64,000 bases of DNA from Firmicutes bacterium UBA2203 (GTDB taxonomy: Bacteria; Bacillota; Desulfotomaculia; Desulfotomaculales; Nap2-2B), in contig DCUX01000004.1 of NCBI GenBank assembly GCA_002327235.1, positions 28,020 through 92,019 on the forward strand, given 5' to 3'. Made by a program: the position numbers and the translations under genes. The notes beneath the pieces were generated by a model. It saw nothing but the letters and a program-made list of their open reading frames with translations, made no database searches and was not told the DNA's origin. This document shows, piece after piece, positions 53,923 through 62,049 of the stretch; the stretch's first letter is position 1, and every line of letters begins with the position of its first letter.

Positions 53923-56388
53923 GTGCGTGTTTCCTGGCAATGGCTGAAAGAATACGTGGATATTCCTGTAGGACCGGAAGAATTGGCGGAAAAATTAACC
54001 TTGACCGGCCTGTCCCTTGCGGGAATGCATTATATGGGAAAGGAAATCGAAAGGGTAGTCACCGGGAAAATTCAAAAAATAGATGCTCACCCTAAGGCAG
54101 ATAAATTAGTGATCTGTCTGGTTGATACCGGCCAGGAAACGTTAAGGCAAATTGTTACCGGTGCCCCTAACGTAAAAGAAGGCCAGGTTGTTCCGGTAGC
54201 GCTTGAGGGGGCCAGGTTGGCCGGGGGAATGGTAATTAAGCCGGCTAAGTTTAGAGGGGTGGTATCCCAGGGAATGCTTTGCTCCGGGAGTGAGCTGGGT
54301 TTAACAACGGATATTATTCCGGTCGATCAGGCGCACGGTATTTTAGTTTTTCCTCCCGATACGCTGCCCGGGCAGGAGGTTAAAACTATGCTTGGCTTGG
54401 ATGATTGTTTAATAGAATTAGAGGTAACCCCTAACCGGGGTGATTGTCTTTCTATGCTAGGTGTGGCCCGGGAAGTAGCCGCTATTTTTAAACAGCCCTT
54501 ACGGTTACAAATACCGGAAGTAAAACCCCAGCCAAACGAAGTTAAAGAGTACGTCCAGGTTGAAATAGAGGATGTGGCGTTATGTTCCCGTTATGTAGCC
54601 CGATTGTTTAAGCAGGTTAAAATTGCCCCTTCCCCTCTGTGGATTCAAAACCGTTTGCGGGCCGGGGGAGTGCGCCCAATTAACAATATTGTAGACCTTA
54701 CCAACTACGTAATGCTGGAATTAGGTCAACCCTTACATGCTTTTGATTATGACCGCTTAAAAGAAGGTAAAATTGTGGTTAGAAAGGCAAGGGAAGGCGA
54801 AGAATTAGTTTCTTTAGACGGGGTAACCCGGACTTTAAATCCCGATAGGTTGGTTATTGCTGACGCTAAAGAACCGGTGGCGTTGGCTGGGGTAATGGGG
54901 GGTCATAATACAGAAGTTACCCCTAAAACCACCACTGTTTTACTGGAATCGGCTTGTTTTCACCCCCAAACAATTCGCCGGACGTCACAAGTTTTAAACC
55001 TGCGCTCTGAGTCCTCTAACCGTTTTGAAAAAGGGGTTGATGTAGAAGGGTGTACGCTTGCTGCCCACCGGACCGCGCAGCTCCTTCAGGATATTCAGGC
55101 CGGTGAAGTAGTAGACGGGATTATTGACCAATACCCTAAACCTTTTACCCCCAGAACAATATTATTAAAAACAGATAGAGTAAATTTTTTATTAGGGGTA
55201 AAAATACCAACCGAAGAAGAGGAAGAAATTTTATCCCGGTTAAATTTTCAGGTTCAACGTCAACCGAATGAAACATCCGGGCAAGCACCTTATTTAATAG
55301 TAAAAGTCCCTAGCTACCGGCCCGATATTGAACGGGAGATTGATTTGGTGGAGGAAATAGCCCGGCTTTACGGCTATAATCAAATTCCCGTCAGCTTACC
55401 GTTTGGTGCAGCAACAAAGGGAAAGCGCGTAGACGGGCAAGAAATCTCCGCCAAAATTAAAGAAGTCTTAATAAGCTGCGGATTAAATGAAGTAGTTACC
55501 TTTAGCTTTATTAACCCCGCTGTTTTTGACCGGTTTGGTTTGCCCCCGGAAAGTCCTTACCGGAACACCATAAAACTGCAAAACCCGCTCCGTATTGATA
55601 CGGCTGCCTTGCGGACAACTTTGTTACCGGGCCTGGTGGAAGTAATCCAGCGCAATTTTAACCGGCGGGTAACTAACGGGGCTATTTTTGAAATTGGACG
55701 GGTATTTTATCCTGACTCAATTGATGGGGCTGGCTTCCAATCTGCCCTGCCAGAAGAAAGGATGATGCTGAGCGCAGCGGGCACTGGTCAAACTTTAAAT
55801 AGTTGGCACCAGCCGGCAATAGCTATAGATTTTTATTATTTCAAAGGGGTGCTAGAAACCCTGCTGACGGCGCTTGGTTTGGCAAAAATATCCTTTGAGG
55901 CTACGGGTAAAGAACCCGGCTTCCACCCCGGCCGGACGGCCCAAGTCATGGTTAACGGAAATCAAGTAGGATTAATAGGGGAGTTGCACCCTGATGTGCT
56001 GGAAAATTATGATTTACCGGTTCCGGTAGTTACTTTTTCCGTAGACTTGACCAGATTGACTTCCTTGCCCGGGAAAAGCAAAACTTATACCCCTTTGCCG
56101 CATTTTCCAGGCGTAAACCGGGATATCGCCGTAGTGTTACCTAAAGATATTCCGGCCGCAGAGGTTTGTTTCCTGATTGAAAAAACCGGGGGGAATCTTT
56201 TACGTAATGTTCGTCTCTTTGATGTTTACCAGGGAGAACAAATAAAAAAAGGCTACCGTAGCCTGGCCTTTACCCTTGTTTTTCAAGCTGATGACCGGAC
56301 CCTGACGGATAATGAAGTATCGGTTAGTATGGAAGCTATTACAGCGGTCTTAAAGGAGAAATTAGGAGCTGAATTACGCAGTAGTTAA
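53923..56388 (+). CDS. pheT: phenylalanine--tRNA ligase beta subunit
   Basis: 821 aa with the MRVSWQWLKEY N-terminus and tRNA-binding, B3/4, B5 and anticodon-binding domains. Confidence 0.95.
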   Translation: MRVSWQWLKEYVDIPVGPEELAEKLTLTGLSLAGMHYMGKEIERVVTGKIQKIDAHPKADKLVICLVDTGQETLRQIVTGAPNVKEGQVVPVALEGARLAGGMVIKPAKFRGVVSQGMLCSGSELGLTTDIIPVDQAHGILVFPPDTLPGQEVKTMLGLDDCLIELEVTPNRGDCLSMLGVAREVAAIFKQPLRLQIPEVKPQPNEVKEYVQVEIEDVALCSRYVARLFKQVKIAPSPLWIQNRLRAGGVRPINNIVDLTNYVMLELGQPLHAFDYDRLKEGKIVVRKAREGEELVSLDGVTRTLNPDRLVIADAKEPVALAGVMGGHNTEVTPKTTTVLLESACFHPQTIRRTSQVLNLRSESSNRFEKGVDVEGCTLAAHRTAQLLQDIQAGEVVDGIIDQYPKPFTPRTILLKTDRVNFLLGVKIPTEEEEEILSRLNFQVQRQPNETSGQAPYLIVKVPSYRPDIEREIDLVEEIARLYGYNQIPVSLPFGAATKGKRVDGQEISAKIKEVLISCGLNEVVTFSFINPAVFDRFGLPPESPYRNTIKLQNPLRIDTAALRTTLLPGLVEVIQRNFNRRVTNGAIFEIGRVFYPDSIDGAGFQSALPEERMMLSAAGTGQTLNSWHQPAIAIDFYYFKGVLETLLTALGLAKISFEATGKEPGFHPGRTAQVMVNGNQVGLIGELHPDVLENYDLPVPVVTFSVDLTRLTSLPGKSKTYTPLPHFPGVNRDIAVVLPKDIPAAEVCFLIEKTGGNLLRNVRLFDVYQGEQIKKGYRSLAFTLVFQADDRTLTDNEVSVSMEAITAVLKEKLGAELRSS

Positions 56389-56416
56389 ATCAGCTAACCG
56401 AAGGGGATGCCCAACC

Positions 56417-56788
56417 ATGGATGAAATGCGCAAACCTGATAATGAGCCTGAAAATATAGAAAACCGGGTCAAAGTAGAAATTTTTGGTGAAAGTTATGTC
56501 TTAAAAGGTCCCGAATCAATTGAATACTTGCAAACGTTGGCCCAATACGTAGATAAAAAAGTTCGCCAGTTGGCGGTCCGTAACTCGCGCCTGGGAAAGG
56601 AAAGGGCCTCCTTATTGGCGGCTTTAAATATCGCTGATGAATTAATGAAATTACAAAAAAAATACGACCAGAAGACAAATTATAAAGCAAAAATTGGAAA
56701 ATTCCAGATAAAGAAAAAGATTTTATTGTCGGGGCGTATTGCCATACGCCCCGACAAAATTATTTTGCGAAAAGAAGATAATTGTTGA
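56417..56788 (+). CDS. zapA: cell division protein ZapA (with a C-terminal extension that reads through a repeat)
   Basis: The ZapA core is [14 protein letters not shown] ... [16 protein letters not shown]. The last 30 or so codons cover palindrome 56726-56757. Confidence 0.85.
   Translation: MDEMRKPDNEPENIENRVKVEIFGESYVLKGPESIEYLQTLAQYVDKKVRQLAVRNSRLGKERASLLAALNIADELMKLQKKYDQKTNYKAKIGKFQIKKKILLSGRIAIRPDKIILRKEDNC
56726..56757. repeat. family C palindrome inside the zapA 3' end
   Basis: TTGTCGGGGCGTAT-TGCC-ATACGCCCCGACAA, a 14-bp stem. Confidence 0.85.
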
Positions 56789-57483
56789 TCACTCCTCAAG
56801 TTTTGCCTCGAACCTTTTATGCCCGGGATACAGTAATGGTGGCGCGGGAACTTTTGGGTAAGTTATTAGTGCATTATTTGCCGGAGGGGACCGCCGTAGG
56901 TCAGATTGTGGAAACAGAAGCTTATCTGCAAAATGATCCGGCCTGTCACGCAGCGCGCGGCCTGACTAAAAGAAATTGCGTCATGTTTGGCCCGCCGGGG
57001 TATGCTTATATTTACTTTATATACGGAATGCATTATTGTTTTAATGCAGTAACACGCGAAGAAGGGATTGGGGAAGCAGTTTTAATTCGGGCTCTTGAAC
57101 CAATAAATTTACCGAAAGACAGGCAATTTTCCCGAACTTCACCCCTCAAACTTCGAACATCGAGTTTGTGCCGCGGTCCTGCCCGCCTGACTCAGGCAAT
57201 GGGAATTACCAAGGCTTATAATGGGTATGATTTAACTAATGAGGGGCCGCTGGTTATTTGGGCGGCGGAAAATGTACCTTCGGAAAAAATAGTTACCACT
57301 ACCAGAATCGGGATAAAGATTGGTCAAGAGTTACCCTTGCGTTTTTACGTGGCTGGTTCTCCTTATGTTTCTAAAGGCAGGTTACCTGCCCGTCAGACTG
57401 ACAGGCACGATAGCAGTAACATGATAAATAATCTAACCTGCCCGTCAGGCGGGGAAGCTTACCCTGCTAGAAATAAAAACTAA
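56782..57483 (+). CDS. mpg: 3-methyladenine DNA glycosylase (Mpg/AAG family)
   Basis: [15 protein letters not shown] ... [24 protein letters not shown]. The C-terminal 30 or so codons are encoded by repeat D. Confidence 0.88.
   Translation: MLITPQVLPRTFYARDTVMVARELLGKLLVHYLPEGTAVGQIVETEAYLQNDPACHAARGLTKRNCVMFGPPGYAYIYFIYGMHYCFNAVTREEGIGEAVLIRALEPINLPKDRQFSRTSPLKLRTSSLCRGPARLTQAMGITKAYNGYDLTNEGPLVIWAAENVPSEKIVTTTRIGIKIGQELPLRFYVAGSPYVSKGRLPARQTDRHDSSNMINNLTCPSGGEAYPARNKN
57385..57454. repeat. family D repeat (copy 1)
   Basis: CCTGCCCGTCAGACTGACAGGCACGATAGCAGTAACATGATAAATAA...CCTGCCCGTCAGGCGGGG is about three-quarters identical, by eye, to the reverse complement of 58612-58686. Confidence 0.75.
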
Positions 57484-57499
57484 ACTTAGAGGTGAAAAA

Positions 57500-58453
57500 A
57501 TGAAGTTAGGTGAAATTTTTAAGTTAGCCGTTGAAAAAGGGATCGAAAATGATCCGCGGGGAAAAGACGCCATTCAAAAAATTTTAGCTCAGGAAAAACA
57601 AAAGTATGAAGAAATGAAGCCGGAAGAAAAGCAAGATTATGATTTAGAACGGTTGACTAACCCATACGATGATACCAGGATTTTGGCCGGGGAAACTGAT
57701 TTAGAAATAAGGCGGGCTTTAGTAGGTATTGACATGGAGATAGGGGAGGTTCTTTTAGCCGACCGCCTGGCGGAAAGAGGCCGTCCGATAGAACTTATTA
57801 TTTCGCATCACCCTGAGGGCAAAGCCATGGCGGCTCTTTATCAGGTTATGCACCTGCAAGAGGACGTTTTAGCTCGCTTTGGCGTGCCGATTAACGTGGC
57901 CGAAAGTTTACTGTCTTCCCGAATCAGCGAAGTCAAACGGGGTTTACTGCCCCTAAACCATAACCGGGCCGTAGATGCGGCTAAAATTTTAAATTTAGCT
58001 TTTTTATGTGTCCACACGCCGGCCGACAATCATGTTGTTAAATATTTGCAAAACTTAATGGACGAAAAAAAACCGGAAACTTTAAAAGATATTATTAAAC
58101 TCTTAAAGGAAATTCCTGAATACGCTGCCGCCGCAAAAAACAACGCCGGCCCCATTATTATTATAGGGGCAAACGAGCGACGGGCCGGCAAAATAATGGT
58201 GGATATGACCGGGGGCACCAGCGGCTCGGAAGACATTTACAGCAAATTAGCCGAGGCAGGAGTAGGAACCTTGCTGGTTATGCATATTAACGAAAAACAC
58301 CGGGAAAAGGCGGAAAAAAGCCACGTTAACGTTATTTGTGCCGGTCACATGGCCAGCGATTCCCTGGGCATGAACCTGTTTTTGGATGTTTTAGAGGCAC
58401 AAGGAGTAGAGATTATTCCTTGTGCGGGTCTGCTTCGCCATAGACGTTTATAA
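57500..58453 (+). CDS. NIF3-like (DUF34) dinuclear-metal-centre family protein
   Basis: 317 aa with ISHHPEG and CAGHMASDSLG motifs, which resemble the NIF3 family metal ligands. This assignment is weaker than the others. Confidence 0.6.
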   Translation: MKLGEIFKLAVEKGIENDPRGKDAIQKILAQEKQKYEEMKPEEKQDYDLERLTNPYDDTRILAGETDLEIRRALVGIDMEIGEVLLADRLAERGRPIELIISHHPEGKAMAALYQVMHLQEDVLARFGVPINVAESLLSSRISEVKRGLLPLNHNRAVDAAKILNLAFLCVHTPADNHVVKYLQNLMDEKKPETLKDIIKLLKEIPEYAAAAKNNAGPIIIIGANERRAGKIMVDMTGGTSGSEDIYSKLAEAGVGTLLVMHINEKHREKAEKSHVNVICAGHMASDSLGMNLFLDVLEAQGVEIIPCAGLLRHRRL

Positions 58454-58480
58454 GGGCGTACGGCACTCAATAAACAAAAC

Positions 58481-58730
58481 AGGGGCAAAGGGCACAGAGG
58501 CACAAAGACATAAAGTGAAATGAAACATCCATGCTGTAGGGGCGTATTGCAATACGCCCCTACAAAAAAGAAAGAAAATCCAAGGATTTTCGGATGAAAA
58601 CGCATAAAGAGCTGCCCGCCTGTCTGTCAGGCTGTGGGTTATTTACCATATTGCCACTATCCTTACCTGACAGTCTGACGGACAGGCGAAGTCTGGTAAA
58701 AAACTTTGTGCCTTTGCCCCTATGAACCTG
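58481..58730. repeat. composite intergenic element: a family B copy carrying nested family C and family D palindromes and a further hairpin
   Basis: B arms lie at 58481-58507 and 58704-58721. Inside them are the C palindrome (58535-58564), the hairpin GAAAATCC-AA-GGATTTTC (58574-58591) and D copy 2 (58612-58686). Confidence 0.8.
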
Positions 58731-58751
58731 TGTTTTAAAGGAAGATGCTTT

Positions 58752-61112
58752 TTGGAGCAAAGTTTAATTCGTCTGGAATATAATAAAGTTTTAGAGAAAA
58801 TTGCTTCTTATACTGTCTCACCCCTTGGCCGGGAAAAAGTGTTATCTTTACGTCCCCGTAAGGATTTAACCGCGATTTTAAAAGAACAAACCCAAACAAC
58901 TGAAGGAAAAGAATTACGGCGTAAAGAGCCAGGGGCTGATTTTCAGGGATGGTTTGACCTCGGGGCAGAGATTATTAAAGCTACCCGGGGAATTCCTTTA
59001 ACGCCTGCCGAACTGCTTTTAATAGGGAAAACACTGGCCACCTGCCGTCAAATTAAAACATTTTTCGCCAATCGCAAGGGACAATATCCTTTGTTAGAAC
59101 AACTGGGGACCAGTTTAAGTGATTTTACGGCTCTGGAACGGAAAATTTCGGCAGTGCTCTCGCCGTCAGGCGAGATAATGGACCAGGCATCACCGGAACT
59201 AGCTGATGTTCGTCGTAAATTGGCAAATGTTAAACAACAAATAAAGGAACGTTTAGAGAAAATGTTGCGCGCTCCGGCCTATATAAAATATTTCCAGGAT
59301 TTGATTGTTACCATGCGCAACGATCGTTACGTTGTTCCGGTAAAACAGGAATGCCGCTATCAGGTACCAGGAATTATTCATGATCAATCAGCCAGCGGGG
59401 CGACCCTTTATGTTGAACCAATGGATTTAATCGAGCCCGGCAATGAATTGCGCCGCTTGCAAGCGCGCGAAGCTAAAGAAATTAACCGCCTTTTATATGT
59501 TCTTACCCGGGCGGTGGCCGAAAAATATACCGGGTTAAACCAGGCCATGGCTATTTTAGGTGAATTGGATTTTATTATAGCTAAGGCTATTTACAGCCAA
59601 ACTATAAATGCTTTTGCCCCGGAAATTATTCCCGAGTTTTTTCTGGATATTAGACAAGGGCGTCACCCTTTACTTGACCCTAAAAAGGCGGTTCCCTTAT
59701 CGGTTAAATTGGGCCGGGAACATGATACCTTAATTATTACCGGGCCTAATGCCGGAGGGAAAACAGTGGCTTTAAAAACAATTGGCTTAACTGTTCTTAT
59801 GGCGCAAGCAGGTTTACATATCCCGGCCGAAGAGGGAACAAAAATAGGACTTTTTGAAACAATATTGGCAGATATTGGGGACGAACAAAGCATTGAGCAA
59901 TCTTTGAGCACTTTTTCCGCCCATTTATTAAATTTAAAAGAAATTTTAAATAGGGCTAACTCAGGTAGCCTTGTCTTATTGGACGAATTAGGGATGGGTA
60001 CCGATCCGGTGGAAGGCGCGGCCTTAGCCCAAGCAATTTTAGAAAAACTTCAGGCTAAAGAAGCTAAAACAATTACCACTACTCACTATGGCGAACTTAA
60101 AAATTATGCTTTAACCCACAAAAAAGCGGTTAATGCCTGTGTAGAATTCGACCCGGTTACCTATAAGCCTACTTATCGTCTTTTAACGGGACGGCCTGGA
60201 CTGTCACTGGCTTTTGAAGTAGCTTTGAAGTGCGGCTTAGCGGAGGAGACAATATCCCGGGCTAAAGAATTTTTAACTGCCGAACAAATTGAGTCGTTAG
60301 ATTTAATAAAGGATATGTATAAACAACGGCAAGAAACAGAAAAAGTCCTTCGCCAAACGCAGAAAAAATATCGGCAGGCTAAAGCCTTAAAAAAGTTATA
60401 TCAAGACCGCCTGACTAAAGTAACGGCGCAGCGGGATATTATTTTAAAAAGCGCCCGGGAAAAAGCCGAAACAATAACAAGAGAGGCTAAAAGGCAAGCT
60501 GAAGAAGCAGTTAAAGAACTAAGGGCTAAATTAATCGCTAAAAATAACAGGGAACGCGAAATGGCTATTCAAGAAGTTAGAAAAAAGCTTCAAATAAAGA
60601 CGGTATCCGATAAGCATAAAGAAACGTTAAATTTAACGCCCCAACCGGTAGTGGCAGTGGGACAAGAAGTTTATTTGCCGCGGCTAAAACAAAGCGGTTT
60701 TGTCCAAAATCTTACTGAAGACGGGATGGTACAGGTTCAGGTAGGGATACTTAAAATAAATGTACCACCCCAAGAGCTGTGTTACAAAGAGATTAAACGC
60801 CGGGGCGTTAAATTTAACGCTTCAGCCGGAGGTACTCAAGTAGCCGCTTTATTAGCTGAAAAAGCCCGTCATATTGAGACAAGACTGGATTTACGCGGCC
60901 TTTCACGTGAAGAGGCATTATATCAGCTAAACCAATATTTGGACAATGCGGTTTTAGCCGGATTACCCCGGGCCGAGTTAATACACGGTAAGGGTACGGG
61001 CATTTTAAGGCAGGCTATTCATGAGCAACTAAAAAATGACTTTAGAGTAAAAGCCTTTCGTTTGGGTGAGCTTACGGAAGGCGGGGCCGGGGTAACCATA
61101 GTGGAATTGTAG
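58752..61112 (+). CDS. mutS2: endonuclease MutS2 (with Smr domain)
   Basis: TTG 58752 gives LEQSLIRLEYNKVLEKI. Walker A GPNAGGKT and a C-terminal Smr domain (LDLRGLSREEAL ... HGKGTGILR). The track start at 58722 lies inside the repeat. Confidence 0.92.
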   Translation: MEQSLIRLEYNKVLEKIASYTVSPLGREKVLSLRPRKDLTAILKEQTQTTEGKELRRKEPGADFQGWFDLGAEIIKATRGIPLTPAELLLIGKTLATCRQIKTFFANRKGQYPLLEQLGTSLSDFTALERKISAVLSPSGEIMDQASPELADVRRKLANVKQQIKERLEKMLRAPAYIKYFQDLIVTMRNDRYVVPVKQECRYQVPGIIHDQSASGATLYVEPMDLIEPGNELRRLQAREAKEINRLLYVLTRAVAEKYTGLNQAMAILGELDFIIAKAIYSQTINAFAPEIIPEFFLDIRQGRHPLLDPKKAVPLSVKLGREHDTLIITGPNAGGKTVALKTIGLTVLMAQAGLHIPAEEGTKIGLFETILADIGDEQSIEQSLSTFSAHLLNLKEILNRANSGSLVLLDELGMGTDPVEGAALAQAILEKLQAKEAKTITTTHYGELKNYALTHKKAVNACVEFDPVTYKPTYRLLTGRPGLSLAFEVALKCGLAEETISRAKEFLTAEQIESLDLIKDMYKQRQETEKVLRQTQKKYRQAKALKKLYQDRLTKVTAQRDIILKSAREKAETITREAKRQAEEAVKELRAKLIAKNNREREMAIQEVRKKLQIKTVSDKHKETLNLTPQPVVAVGQEVYLPRLKQSGFVQNLTEDGMVQVQVGILKINVPPQELCYKEIKRRGVKFNASAGGTQVAALLAEKARHIETRLDLRGLSREEALYQLNQYLDNAVLAGLPRAELIHGKGTGILRQAIHEQLKNDFRVKAFRLGELTEGGAGVTIVEL

Positions 61113-61357
61113 TTATTTAATCACCCATTCAAGAACGGTTTGATTGAATACTTAGTATGGTTAGGTAAGATCATGTTAGATAAACGAGTATATCCGCAAT
61201 AGTTGCTAATATCATCCCAAAAATGGAGGTGTATCAGCGATAATTGAGAAGGTGAATATATTAGTCGACATTCTTTAAATTAGGAAGTGACCGGTAAAAT
61301 ATCAGGAAGGTAAGGTTTGAAAGAAATACTTTCACGACGTTTTTTGCCTGGAAAGGA

Positions 61358-61582
61358 ATGGTTATAATCATGTATGAAAAGGAAATCGAGCTGAAAGCGC
61401 AAGAGCTTCCTGAAAATTTAAAGAGGGAGGTTTTGGATTATATGGAGTTTCTACTAAAGAAGTATAAAGGCAAGGAAACCAAGGCAAAGGAGTTCAAGTT
61501 TGACTGGGAAGGGGGCTTATTAGAGCTACGGGATAAATTCACTTCTGTTGAATTGCAACACAGGGTTTTGGAGTGGAGATAA
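61358..61582 (+). CDS. DUF2281-like antitoxin
   Basis: 74 aa with the motif LPENLKREVLDYMEFLLKKYKG. Its stop overlaps the PIN gene start (TAATG). Confidence 0.7.
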   Translation: MVIIMYEKEIELKAQELPENLKREVLDYMEFLLKKYKGKETKAKEFKFDWEGGLLELRDKFTSVELQHRVLEWR

Positions 61583-61959
61583 TGTTTTTAGTGGATACAA
61601 ATGTATTTTTAGAAATACTCTTGAGGCAGGATGAGAAAGAAAGTTGTAAGAAGTTTCTAGATAACAATATCGGAAATCTCAACATAACAGATTTCTCTTT
61701 GCATTCTATTGGTGTAATCTTGTTCAAATATGGCAAAGAGGAAATTTTTCAGAAATTTGTTGAAGATGTCCTACCTACTACCAGATTTCTCTCATTGCCG
61801 ATGGAATTGTATAAAGAGGTTGTATACGTCGGGAAAAGCCTGAATTTAGATTTTGATGATGCCTATCAGTACAGCATAGCCAAATATCATGGGTTGAAAG
61901 TAGTTACAATGGACAAGGATTTTAAGAAGATAAAAGATGTGGAAATTTTGTTCCTGTAG
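61582..61959 (+). CDS. vapC: PIN-domain toxin (VapC-like)
   Basis: MFLVDTNVFLEIL (first acidic residue) and a later D-x-x-x-Y and MD motif. About 125 aa. Confidence 0.8.
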   Translation: MFLVDTNVFLEILLRQDEKESCKKFLDNNIGNLNITDFSLHSIGVILFKYGKEEIFQKFVEDVLPTTRFLSLPMELYKEVVYVGKSLNLDFDDAYQYSIAKYHGLKVVTMDKDFKKIKDVEILFL

Positions 61960-61966
61960 GACTTTT

Positions 61967-62035
61967 ATGCGTCGCAGGGGTGAAGTCTGGCTCATCAACT
62001 TAGACCCAAAGGAAAAGAAAGGGATTTTCAGATGA
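61967..62035 (+). pseudogene. MazF/PemK-family toxin N-terminal remnant
   Basis: MRRRGEVWLINLDPKEKKGIFR* carries the RGE-V-W-L-x-x-LDP signature of MazF/PemK and is truncated after 22 codons. No cognate antitoxin is present. Confidence 0.6.
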
Positions 62036-62049
62036 AGGAAGAAATTTTT

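Noticed and set aside
61960-62049. A T-box leader expected upstream of thrS
   Set aside because: Only about 90 nt are available, and they are occupied by a MazF-like remnant. No T-box consensus or specifier structure is visible.
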